The position numbers and the translations under genes were made by a program. From positions 17,360,001 through 17,424,000 of the forward strand of contig OZ210885.1 of NCBI GenBank assembly GCA_964658305.1: a stretch of DNA of 64,000 bases, written 5' to 3'. The notes below the pieces were generated by a model. It was given only the letters and a program-made list of their open reading frames with translations, was not told the origin of the DNA and did no database searches. This stretch comes from Leptogorgia sarmentosa. Lineage: Eukaryota. How positions within the stretch are numbered: position 1 is the stretch's first letter; each line of letters opens with the position of its first letter. Below are positions 49,564-60,104 of the stretch, piece after piece.

Positions 49564-52500
49564 CACAGGCGGTGTACGCATAACGACCGCAAAGCACGAT
49601 GGTAAAAAATCAAAATTGCTTCATTTGTAATCTGGTCGCGCTTGAGCGAAGGTCAACAAGCTGCTTCTGATTAGCATTGCAAATGGGGATACATGGTTTA
49701 TTTCCTTTTTTAAAAGATTACCATAAAAAAATAAACTTAACTGACTTCTCGGGCAAAACGGCGGCAATAGATGCTTCCTGTTGGATTCATAAAGGCTTGG
49801 TTTTATCCGTATCTCAAACTGGAAATCGTTCAAGGTGAGAACTTGCAGTGAATATATTTATTAATTTGCATGTATTTATAAAAACGGATTATTCGTAGTT
49901 AAACATCACGATGACGATGTTTCTATCCAGGTTAGCTGATATTTTCGAGAAGCATTTATTAGTGGTTAGAAGAGCAGGAGTGACTCTTTATATTGTATTT
50001 GATGGACTACCATTGCCTGCAAAAGCGAACGAAGTCGAGAAAAGGCAGAGGTGATTGAACTTTGAAGCAACGAATTGCAAATCAAGACTCAAGTACAGTC
50101 ACATTTTATAGCTCAACTGACAGATAATTTTCCCTGACAGACACCGAGAAGAATGTTTGCTGAAAGCAGAAAGAGAAGGAATTACTTCCCAAGAGGCCAA
50201 CAAACTTCGTAGCCAAGCTGTTTGAATCTCTTTCGATGACATTTTAACTTGTATAAACGTGAGTATTATATTTATATATACATGTGGAATAGATTCAATA
50301 GCCGGGTACAGTAAAGGCTACAGAGGTCTATTTATCAAATCTGTTTAGGTTTGTTTAAAAGAAAAGGTGTCATATGTTATCTCGCCTTACGAATCTGATG
50401 CACAAATCGCCTTTTTGCTTGAGTCAAATATTGCAGATTTTGCTATAACAGAGGACCCTGATCTTTTAATTCATGGCTGCAAAGAGGTTTGTTTATTTTA
50501 TATGCTATAAGAATTCTTCTAGAATCTAGCCCTAGGGAGTTGGACTCCCTTGAAGTGCATATTCGGATGGCCTTTTGGTGATCTATATGCCACAGATTTG
50601 GTATATTTTATGCCATTCTTGGAACTTGCCCCAGATAGTTTCTTCTCACTTTTGGAAGAATTACAATATTGATCTTTACAAAAAGTGAGGGCAGGGGCAG
50701 CCCCCCATTCCTCCCTTGGCTATGCACCTGCATACAGCAGGGCATGCATACTGTACATGTATGTACATCATAAATTTATATAGTTTCAGAGAATAGAGAT
50801 AATGGTTCACCACATATTTATCCACCACCATATGAAACACAAAAATAAAACTAAATTGAACCTGTTTTTTCCAGCATGTTTTACATGAAAAATTTAAGTT
50901 GTATATTTAATGGCAAAGTTGTTTTGTAACTTTAAATCTGCAGAATCATGTCAATCAATCCAATATTAAACTACATACTCCCACAATTTTGATATCTTGC
51001 CCTTTTTTTAGGTGATTGTGAAGCTCTGCCTGAGTGGTGAGGGCTGTTATTTGAGTCTGACCAACATACTGGAAGGACTGAAGCTAAATATGAAACAGTT
51101 CCAGAGTTTATGTATTTTAGCTGGCTGTGACTACATAAAAAACGTCCGTGGTGTTGGTATCCATACTGCATACAAATTAATCTTTTCCAATGATGATTTG
51201 TTCCACACAATGGAAAAAAGAGGTGCACCAGCTGATTATAAGGAATCTTTTGCTAATGCCATGTCAGTATTTTTACATCAAACTGTCTATGATGTTAATG
51301 CTGGAAAAACAGTACCTCTACGAGAATGGTAATTTGCTCCGGGAGGATTGCAGCTACTGTGTGGAAAGTATCCTTTAACAATAAATTGTCTTGTCCACAT
51401 ATTGTTTGGTAATTATGTATGATTTCGACATTTTGTGCATGTTTCCTTAACATTGGTTTTAAGATTACTGGATGATGAATTCTCACAGGAACTCACTGTT
51501 GGGAATATTAATACGACCACTCATATGAAAGTCAATAGCCATCCCCTACATGGTAATGATATACAAGTAAAGGTGAAGAACGTTTGATAGATTTACCAAC
51601 AAATTTTAGTGACTGACCTAACATAACTTTTACTTGGCATTGTTATAGGTTTGTGATGGTACATCACATAGTCAACTAGGAGAAGCATCTGTTACAACAA
51701 GTGGTAAATTACTAGTGGTAAAGTGACAAATGCATGTTACAGTTTGATTATGAAGTGTTTGTTTAGGTCATATTGCTAAATATACCCTTTTGTGAAGGTG
51801 TAAGAGAAAATTCTCAGACATTTCTAGTATTTACATTATGTTCTATTCTCTTTCCTTGTTGGTACAGTAATTCTATGTTTAAATAAAGAGGCCTCAACAA
51901 TTTAAGGAGGAAGTTAAAGGTTGTTGCTTTGCATGTTGTACTGTAACACATGTCATTTTTCATTATCATAATGTTCTTTTTAAGCACAAGAGATACATGA
52001 AGTCCACATAACCACTGTTGGAAGGGAGTCTTTTCCCTATGTTATACCTAACTTTCCAGTCTTGACAGGCCGTTTGCTGGTTGGTTTCCCCGGTGTATTG
52101 CCTTCGACAGCGCAAGGTCTTTTGGCGGCCATAAATATTAACCCATATTAATAATTAGTGTATCAACCTGTCAAAATTAAACAAAATTATCATATTTTAT
52201 ATCAATTAAAACGGGAAATATAACGGGGAGCGTTGGGGAGCGGTAGTGAATATTGCTAGTTGAACGTTTGAACAAACATTTACGAGTATTTTAAGCACTC
52301 AAACAGTAATATATAGTGAATTACAGATTTAAGTAAAAGGATATAAAATAACTTGTAAAAAACGTGTCATGTTTAACAATAAAATACAGTCTGGTTGAGC
52401 ACGGCATATCGTCCAAACTATGTTGTTCTATCTTCGGAATAAATGCCAAAGACATTGAATTGCTTTTCATACAGTTCCATGCAATTTATAAAGTAAGAAA

Positions 52501-52597
52501 TACGAGAATAAACTTACCGAATTCAGCATGATTGGTCGCCATCTTGAAAAATATACAACCACCATGCTCAGCGGTCGTTATGCGTACACCGCCTGGG
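49564..52597. mobile_element. TIR element with 5-bp TSD carrying an EXO1-like gene (unclassified; CMC/Transib-like termini)
   Basis: TIR CACAGGCGGTGTACGCATAACGACCGC (49564-49590) vs 52571-52597 (26/27 identical, imperfect to ~40 bp). TSD TTAAA 49559-49563 / 52598-52602. Lies in an intron of the HECT gene. Confidence 0.85.
49683..51550 (+). pseudogene. EXO1-like XPG/FEN1-family 5' nuclease (catalytic domain only), at least 6 exons
   Basis: Exons 49683-49834, 49931-50050, 50141-50258, 50349-50486, 51012-~51368: MGIHGL, AIDASCWIHK, VFDGLPLPAK, SPYESDAQIA, TEDPDLL, CILAGCDY..VRGVGI, FLHQTVYD. In-frame TGA at 50223 and TAA at 51330. Confidence 0.9.
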
Positions 52598-54227
52598 TTA
52601 AACAGTATCGAATATCAAGCAAGTCTAGCTATGTATTCATTGAACAATCAAAATATTTGTTCAGTCTGGAAGGAACACTTATGTATGCATCTAGAAATGC
52701 AGTGTTTAACATTTATGCTTACTTTTTCACAAGACAAATGGGAGTGTGATTTAAAATTGACTTATCTGTCGTTTCAGCAAAACAGGCTACAAACAACCGG
52801 CCCAGGTCGAAATTATTGTATGTATATTATGGTATCATGGATGTATTATATATCTTTAACTGATGTAAATTTGTTAATAGAGAACCCTCTTGACAATACC
52901 ATTACTGGCCATGAAGTTCTGGAACAAACAGGATTATCTGTGAGTGATTATGTCGATTGTTCATCCTTGTCACCAGAGAATGCTATTTTGGAATACCACA
53001 AGCAGACCATTAATGAAGATCTGCCCAGACAGCGCTTTAGTGTATGTCGCATTAATGGTGTTAGTTATTTAAGGCGAGCTATAATAAGTATCTATAAGAA
53101 GCCGGGTTTGAAGTTACATGCTGTCCCAAAAGTAATATTTGAAGAGGAAGATGGAGTTGGAAGTGGACCATTAAGAGAATTTTTGGTGCTGGCTATGCAA
53201 GTTTGTGATGAAGGCATCCTTCAACTTCAACTTCAGGCAAATCAAAGCCGCTGATCTTCTTTGAGGGTCAACCAGATCATCGACTACCAGTACATGATCA
53301 GTCCCTTCGATTAAGTGGCACATTCAAAGCCATTGGAAGAATCATTGGCCACAGTATCTTGCATGGGGGACCAGGCCTGCATGGACTGTCACCAGCTGTC
53401 AAGCATATTTTATCATCTAATGAGGAGTCTGAAGAGCCACCAACTTTAGTTCCTGTGTAATATTAAATGAATTTTAATTTCTTTAGGAATGAATGAAGTG
53501 TCCCTTATTTCATTTCTTAAAAAATGCCCTTCATTAACAAAGATTGTGTTTCCTGATGAGCAACAACGATCCATTCAAGCTCAAGAAGTGATAGGCTGCA
53601 TCATTTATGAAGGGGAAGATGACAGCTGCGTAGCAAATAAAGTTACTGCTGATTTTTTCATTTAATATATTCGGGAAAGCAGCCAAAGACAGGGAGGTGA
53701 GAGCATCATGTACAATGTACCCATTCCATGCATTTTGAGTAGAATTTCAATGATAATGTTTTACTTATTTTTATATTGACAACGGGGACTAGTGTCACTG
53801 CCAGTGAGTCAACACCATGATTACCCATATTCCTTGGTTTCTGATGGGAAAGGGAGTGTAACTCTATATATTTAATATTTATGTTAGTGACAGTTGCAAA
53901 ACATGTTACTAAAATACTAAACTAATGTCTGATCATAAAAAAACTATGTTTACTTTTAATTTTTAGATGGAATTACTTACTTGACTTGGTCTATTTTTGG
54001 ACAGCATCTAATGTGCTTCAACACAGGCCAAAATCTCTTTTGGTGAGGTTTGATGATAGCAAGACCAATCTTTTCCCACTTCCTGAAACATGTTTCAAGG
54101 CTATAATCCTACCGACAAAACATACGGAATACGTGGTGTTTAAAAAAAATCTGGACATTGCACTGAAATTTGGTGCTACAGTATGGCAAGCCAAACATGT
54201 CAAAAGTGTTAAATAATAGAAATTGTA

Positions 54228-54360
54228 AGTTGAAATACAATGTTTGGTAGTTGAGATTTAAAATTCAGTTGACGAGTTTGAAAATTAACACGTTGAGAAA
54301 ATAAATAGTAGTTGAGAATAAAAATTTACTGGTTGAGATTAAAAATTCGCACGTTGAGAT
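54228..54360. repeat. Degenerate ~20-bp tandem array (AGTTGAGA..AAA)
   Basis: About 7 GTTGA-anchored units just after the HECT stop. They mirror the CAAC(T) units at 28115-28230. Confidence 0.6.
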
Positions 54361-55453
54361 TTATGAAGCACTGTATGAGTAATATTATTCATGCAATGCT
54401 GAAAGTGTTATATGGGAGGAAAAAAAATTGATGTGTGAGAAAAAGTGTGGTTGAGTTCGTACCCAGTTCCCGCCCGCTCACATATTCATTCCCGCCATTT
54501 TGTTTTCGTGGAATTTTTGTGGAACTTTATCGTGGATGATTCTATCACATGGCACCGAGTCAGGAGATCCCATGAGATAGCACGGCGCATGCGCGGGTTC
54601 ATTGCACGCCTCGTGTGGGTTCGAAGCGGACGACGAAAATTTTACAGCAAAATAATTCAGGTTAATTCAAGCAAATTAAATTACTTTCCTTCGTGTCTAC
54701 GTGGATACTTCATCAAAAGCGTCCAACGTAGTTGGTATCGCTGCGATATTGGCCAAACTTTGTGTTTGGCCTCAAATCACTCAACCAGAACCAACGTAGT
54801 TGTGTTCATATATAGTGCGCATATCGCCAATGGCCGAGGGCAATGCACCGGTTGAGAGGAGGCAAAGAGAAGCCAGCTCTAGTCCTGGCCCTGGCAGCGA
54901 CACAGTCTCGCCTCTCGCCGAGTTTATGGCGGAAATGAGAGAATTCAAAGCCAGCATGGCCTCCGAGCTGGCCTCTGTGCGTGGCGACATAAATCAGCTC
55001 ACCACGACATTTGACGACGCTACTTTTGACGATGAGCTTCGCCTTGACATTGACCACGTCGACGAACGACAAGGGAGCGACTCGGAAACTGTGTCTACAT
55101 GTCTGGACACCAAAGTTGAACGTCTCCTTAAGGAAACCAGCAAGCCGACCGGTAGCGAGGATTTGACGACCAATTCAGATAGCCTCCTTACAACCATAAA
55201 GTGGATTAACTCTGGGAGTTCTTAGATTTTCTAAGTTTTGGGGTCGGGATACTTCCCAACTTTTTCTCGCCATTTTTCATCGGATAATTTGGTGCGCAGA
55301 AGGCCCTCGACTATGGAGGCCAGACGTGAAAATTTTTTCGACCGAGGTCGGTTTCACAATCCAAAGAAGAAGAGAGGGGGAGCTGCGAGAAAGCAGTGAG
55401 TTCCTCAATAACCCAACCTGTACATAGTAAGACAAACTGTCAGCTCATATTCA

Positions 55454-57442
55454 TTGCATACTGGTGATTCGCCTGACACGTTAATGATTGCTGGACGTTT
55501 AAAACATTTTGTGGATCGATGGAGGCAACTGACCTCCGACCCAGTCATATTGAACTATGTCATGGGTGTTAACATTGAATTTAATGATCAACGTCCCAGC
55601 CAATATGCAGCTAAAGTTCGTCATTTCAACACGAGTGAAACTGCAATTATTGGAAATGAGATTAATAAGCTACTTAGCAAGGGGGTTATTATTCCCTCTG
55701 TACATGAGCCGGGTGAATTTATTTCATCAATCTTTCTAAGACTTAAAAAAGACGGCTCATATCGTATGATACTTAATCTCAAGTCTTTCAATGAATTTGT
55801 GAAGCATCGCCATTTTAAAATGGACACTTTGGACACAGCAGTGAAGATGATGAAGCCCAATTGTTACATGGCCTCTATCGATCTCACTGATGCCTATTAT
55901 ATGGTGCCAGTGCATGCGGCAGACCAAAAGTTCCCAAAATTTGAATTTAGGGGTCGCCTCTATCAGTATACCTGCCTTCCAAATGGACTTTCGAATGCTC
56001 CACGTATATTTACAAAATTACTAAAACCAGTATACTCTACCCTACACAGTATGGGCCATATGAGTTCTGGGTACATTGATGACTCCTACCTCCAAGGGGA
56101 CACCCCCGCAGAATGTGCTCGTAATATCACAACAACACTTGTGACAGAGTTGGGATTTATACCTCACCCCAAGAAGTCAGTCACTGTCCCAACACAAATT
56201 CTTGTGTTTCTTGGGTTTACACTTACCTCAATCAGCATGACAGTCTCCCCAACACCTGAGAAAATAGACAAGACAGTGGCTGCTTGCAACCTATTGTTAG
56301 CTAAATCTGCAACTACAATACAACAGGTTGCAGAAGTAATTGGCCTATTAGTCTCCAATTTCCCTGGGGTGGAGTATGGGCCATTGCATTATCGAGAACT
56401 AGAAATGGCTAAATCGGCAGCGTTAACATTAGCCTGTGGGGTCTATGGCTCTAAAATGACCTTACCTGATAGGTGCAGGCATGAATTGGAATGGTGGATT
56501 ACAAACCTACCATATTCTACTCGTCAGATTCTTCATGGTAAACCAATTGCTACGGTTCAATCCGATGCGTCTATACAAGGATGGGGGGCAGTCCGAGAGG
56601 GTACCACTACAGGAGGTAGATGGAGTACCATTGAACAACAGGCACACATCATTGTGCTAGAACCCAAGGCAGCCTTTTTTGCCTTGAAATCACTCTGTGT
56701 CAATGACAAAGAGGGGCACATTCATTTGCAGCTTGATAATACAACTGCAGTTGCTTATATTAACAAAATGGGGGGGACACAATCTAGACCTCTCAGCCAG
56801 TTAGCAGTGGAAATCTGGCAGTGGTGCATTGAAAGGAACATTTGGATCTCTGCAACTCATATTGCGGGCAAGGTTAATGTTGAGGCAGATAGAATGTCTC
56901 GAGTATTTCATGATAAGCATGAGTGGCAGTTAAATAAGCAGACTTTTCAGAACATCTTAACAAAGTTTCCCAGCCTGGAAATCGACCTGTTTGCAAGTCG
57001 AGTAAATTTCCAACTTGCGCAATATGCTGCATGGCGACCAGATCCTGGGTGTATTGCAGTTGATGCTTTTACATTAAACTGGGAGACTAAGATCTTTTAT
57101 GCCTTTCCACCATTTAGTTTAGTTCCTCGTTGCTTGCAAAAGATACTACAAGACCAAGCCTCAGGAGTACTAATTGCTCCTTTCTGGCCAACCCAGGCCT
57201 GGTTCCCTCAACTATTACAGCTACTGTTCGATCAACCATGGATCATTGCACCATCACCAGACCTCCTGCCAGTTCAATCGACATCACATCCACTGGCCAA
57301 AACCCTCCGCCTGATGGTTTGTCCTGTCTCCGGAATCGCTTTGCGGCAGACGACCTTTCAGAAGAAGTTACAGATATCATTATGTCATCTTGGAGAACAG
57401 GCACCAAGAAACAATATTCCACCTACATCCAAAAATGGTTGA
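55454..57442 (+). CDS. DIRS RT - RNase H - adenine-methyltransferase-like domain
   Basis: IDLTDAY, LPNGL, YIDD (RT); SDAS..E..LDN..AD (RNase H); DLFAS and YAFPPF (MT). Confidence 0.92.
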   Translation: MHTGDSPDTLMIAGRLKHFVDRWRQLTSDPVILNYVMGVNIEFNDQRPSQYAAKVRHFNTSETAIIGNEINKLLSKGVIIPSVHEPGEFISSIFLRLKKDGSYRMILNLKSFNEFVKHRHFKMDTLDTAVKMMKPNCYMASIDLTDAYYMVPVHAADQKFPKFEFRGRLYQYTCLPNGLSNAPRIFTKLLKPVYSTLHSMGHMSSGYIDDSYLQGDTPAECARNITTTLVTELGFIPHPKKSVTVPTQILVFLGFTLTSISMTVSPTPEKIDKTVAACNLLLAKSATTIQQVAEVIGLLVSNFPGVEYGPLHYRELEMAKSAALTLACGVYGSKMTLPDRCRHELEWWITNLPYSTRQILHGKPIATVQSDASIQGWGAVREGTTTGGRWSTIEQQAHIIVLEPKAAFFALKSLCVNDKEGHIHLQLDNTTAVAYINKMGGTQSRPLSQLAVEIWQWCIERNIWISATHIAGKVNVEADRMSRVFHDKHEWQLNKQTFQNILTKFPSLEIDLFASRVNFQLAQYAAWRPDPGCIAVDAFTLNWETKIFYAFPPFSLVPRCLQKILQDQASGVLIAPFWPTQAWFPQLLQLLFDQPWIIAPSPDLLPVQSTSHPLAKTLRLMVCPVSGIALRQTTFQKKLQISLCHLGEQAPRNNIPPTSKNG

Positions 57443-58275
57443 ACTTTTGTTGTGAAAGGACGGTTGCTTGTCATTCACCAACAATGAACCAAGCTCTGTT
57501 GTTTTTGAGGATGTTGTTCCAGCAGGGACTGAGTTACTCTACTATTAACACTGCATGCTCAGCGTTGTCAACCATAATTTGTTTGCCAGATGGTCAGAAT
57601 TTTGGATCCCATCCTATAGTTGTCAGATTTATGAAGGGTATATTTGAACTGCGGAAACCAAAACCTAAGTACAATTCCATATGGGACGTCTCTGTGGTTT
57701 TAAAGTATCTGGGAACTCTTACACCCAATGAAGAACAGACACTAAGAAATTTGACGTTGAAGTTAGTTACGTTATTGTTATTGGTCACAGGGCAGCGAGG
57801 TCAAACAATACACTGTCTTAGTCTCAGTGAGATGACCTTAAGCGAGACCTCCTGTGAGTTTCAAGTGCTGGAGCATATGAAGACTAGCAAGCCAGGATCA
57901 GGGACTACGATCCTCAAGGTTGAGCAGTACACACCCGACAAAAATATTTGTCCTATCTTAGTTTTGAGAGAGTACCTAAAAAGAACCGAAGGTGTACGTG
58001 GGGATAATAAGCAACTTTTTGTTAGCTACCAAAAACCATATCAACCTGTGTCAAGATGGGTTAAAGTTGTCCTTGATAATGCTGGGATTGACACCACAGT
58101 ATACTCAGCACACAGTACTCGAGCGGCTGCCACATCGAAAGCTTACCAAAGTGTACCATTGGACATACTGATAAAATCAGCAGGTTGGAGCTCGGACAGT
58201 ACCTTTCAAAAGTACTATAATAAGCCTGTAGCCTCTGATAGGACTATGACTGAGGCAGTACTTACACCATGTTGA
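57130..58275 (+). CDS. DIRS tyrosine recombinase
   Basis: TGQRGQ (R), KTSK, AHSTR (HxxR), AGWS, FQKYY (catalytic Y). Overlaps the RT ORF in another frame. Confidence 0.92.
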   Translation: MLAKDTTRPSLRSTNCSFLANPGLVPSTITATVRSTMDHCTITRPPASSIDITSTGQNPPPDGLSCLRNRFAADDLSEEVTDIIMSSWRTGTKKQYSTYIQKWLNFCCERTVACHSPTMNQALLFLRMLFQQGLSYSTINTACSALSTIICLPDGQNFGSHPIVVRFMKGIFELRKPKPKYNSIWDVSVVLKYLGTLTPNEEQTLRNLTLKLVTLLLLVTGQRGQTIHCLSLSEMTLSETSCEFQVLEHMKTSKPGSGTTILKVEQYTPDKNICPILVLREYLKRTEGVRGDNKQLFVSYQKPYQPVSRWVKVVLDNAGIDTTVYSAHSTRAAATSKAYQSVPLDILIKSAGWSSDSTFQKYYNKPVASDRTMTEAVLTPC

Positions 58276-58951
58276 GTTGATACCAATTAATAATACGGTT
58301 TTGTTCCCATGTCTCATGCCTATATTTGGTATATGTCATTGCTGGGTACATCAGGGCTTTAAAGTCTCATGGGATCTCCTGACTCGGTGCCATGTGATAG
58401 AATTGGAAAATTAAACGAGACTTACCTGTAAGTTGAAGTTTGATTGGAATTCTATCACATGGCACATAGAGTCAGGAGATTACATGCCCACCCTGCATCA
58501 TCCGATGTATATATATACTACATTGCCCATGTCCCTACTTGGGGTTATCACTGGCTGCATTCAAATTACCTATATTCTTGTGTGTAATTGTACTGATGAA
58601 CCCAGCAAAATGCTTTAAAGAATGAACCCGCGCATGCGCCGTGCTATCTCATGTAATCTCCTGACTCTATGTGCCATGTGATAGAATTCCAATCAAACTT
58701 CAACTTACAGGTAAGTCTCGTTTAATTTTCCAATTATACAGGATGATCTTGTAGTTATAATTATAAATGTAAGTAAATGCTATGAAATCAGTACTTTGTA
58801 TTGTTTATAGTGGTTAATTGTGTATATAAATTGCAGTAGAGTTCCCCCCTGCCCCCAGTTACATTACATCACTGATATATTTACTGTATAAACGGGTATT
58901 GATACAGGTAGGTAATGAATGGCTATGTATTAAATTATTTTGTATTGTAGT

Positions 58952-59405
58952 AATGGCAAACCCACCCTACAATATTTTGTACGAGCTCATGGGCAGAGTA
59001 CAAGAACTGTCCAATGCAGTTGCTCCAAACCAAAGAAACACCAATCCTGTGAGTAACAGTGCTTCTGCTTTGGCCAGCACCAGTAATCAAGCTCAGATTT
59101 CCACAAGCACTGTGGAAGCACTGTGGAAGCAGAGGTATCTAGAGCTTTCAATCGTCAACCATCTCAGGCCAGTGCAACTCCTCATGTAAGAAGCTCTCAG
59201 TCTTCTGGTCCTCTGTTTGGTATACGAAGACATTTTCAAGGTAGATCTGGGGGAAGCAAACCCAAAAAGCCTAAGCAGCCATGTGGGCCCTTTTTAAGGG
59301 ATGTGGTCCTTTTAACTGGTCCAGAGGATACGATTGTTCCAAGACAAGGTGTTCGTGTATGGTTGTCTGAACATGGCCACATACTTTCTGGTTTTGAATT
59401 CACCA
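58952..59405 (+). pseudogene. Truncated N-terminus of an uncharacterised protein resembling the N-termini of G2E3-like HECT genes
   Basis: MANPPYNILYELMGRV.. then GPFLRDVVLLTGPEDTIVPRQGVRVWLSEHGHILSGFEF. Frameshifted and cut off at ~59405. The DIRS element sits in its upstream region. Confidence 0.35.
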
Positions 59406-60104
59406 CTGTGAAGCTGTCACAACATTCTGATTCATCACGACATTCATCACGACATTCATCGCACATTCGTAAGCAGATTAAATCTGCTGATAAAGACCAC
59501 ATGTTGCGCGCTTACTATTTACCATAATTTAAAAGTTTTAAGAGTTAAAGTGTACTATTTCTTGAGCAGATTTAACAAATTCTTCATGTTCTAACCTGCC
59601 TTAAATTCCCAAAATAGTTTCGAGAAGGTTTAGGTAATAATGTCTACGAAACCTTTCGGATTCAAAGTCTCTTCTTGTTTGATATATACAATTAGTAGTT
59701 TACACCTTATATGCTACAGGCCCGACATTTAGTAACTGTCTAATACTGAAATTTAGTAAGTGTTCAATTTTATACTTTTAATCACCGTATATATACATAT
59801 ATATATAAGAGAATGTGTACACAGATGAGCAGAAGCTATATCATGTAAAGAACCTTAATAATTAGAATTGTCAAAACTCAAAAGGAGGGGATGGCTGGCC
59901 TGTGGCACACTACATATAACATCTAATAATAGATCTCCATATATTATAATTACATTCAAACAGAAACTAATTCTTTATACTGAATAAGTTATAAAAGTCC
60001 TTGTTTCAACCTGAGAAATTGATTTAAATCTCTTTTAATTACTTAATTCGAATTGTTTGAATACTAGACATACAATTTTCACTTCAAACTATACTTAAAA
60101 ACAT

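Larger units (their letters stand above)
28287..54216 (+). pseudogene. G2E3-like HECT-domain E3 ligase gene, fragmented by three large insertions
   Basis: Exon 1 starts at ATG 28287. The frame ..FVYLADSTAN|CPPSSVKEK..FPKLSDTGGYELL..LLLKD|VCGKAKIYIRPLQR is restored when the hAT and BEL insertions plus one TSD each are removed. HECT N-lobe EDGVGSGPLREF..GRIIGHSILHGGPG (52881-53450); C-lobe FWTAS..LPETCF..ILP with catalytic Cys (53986..54216). Frameshifts present. Confidence 0.82.
54539..58735 (+). mobile_element. DIRS1-type tyrosine-recombinase retrotransposon with complete termini
   Basis: Left ITR 54539-54603, right ITR with extension 58621-58735, internal complementary region 58365-58486 matching both ends, ATT core at both junctions. 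Gag remnant 54830-55225, RT/RH/MT and YR ORFs. Confidence 0.96.

Noticed and set aside
50223..50225. Selenocysteine or readthrough TGA in the EXO1-like gene
   Set aside because: A second stop occurs at 51330, and CGA to TGA decay is the simpler explanation.
49559..52602. piggyBac assignment (TTAA + CCC at the right end)
   Set aside because: The left end is TTAAA-CAC. A 5-bp TTAAA duplication fits both sides exactly, whereas TTAA-CCC needs two changes. Not fully excluded.
55454..58275. Bacterial or phage integrase plus methylase (contamination or HGT)
   Set aside because: Overlapping ORF layout and termini are standard for DIRS1 and are contiguous with intron-containing DNA.
58365..58735. 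CRISPR-like or structured ncRNA repeats
   Set aside because: Fully explained by the DIRS ICR and right ITR.
59405..60100. Possible further element fragment (12-bp CATTCATCACGA repeats, decayed minus-strand coding look)
   Set aside because: No termini or recognisable motif could be established.
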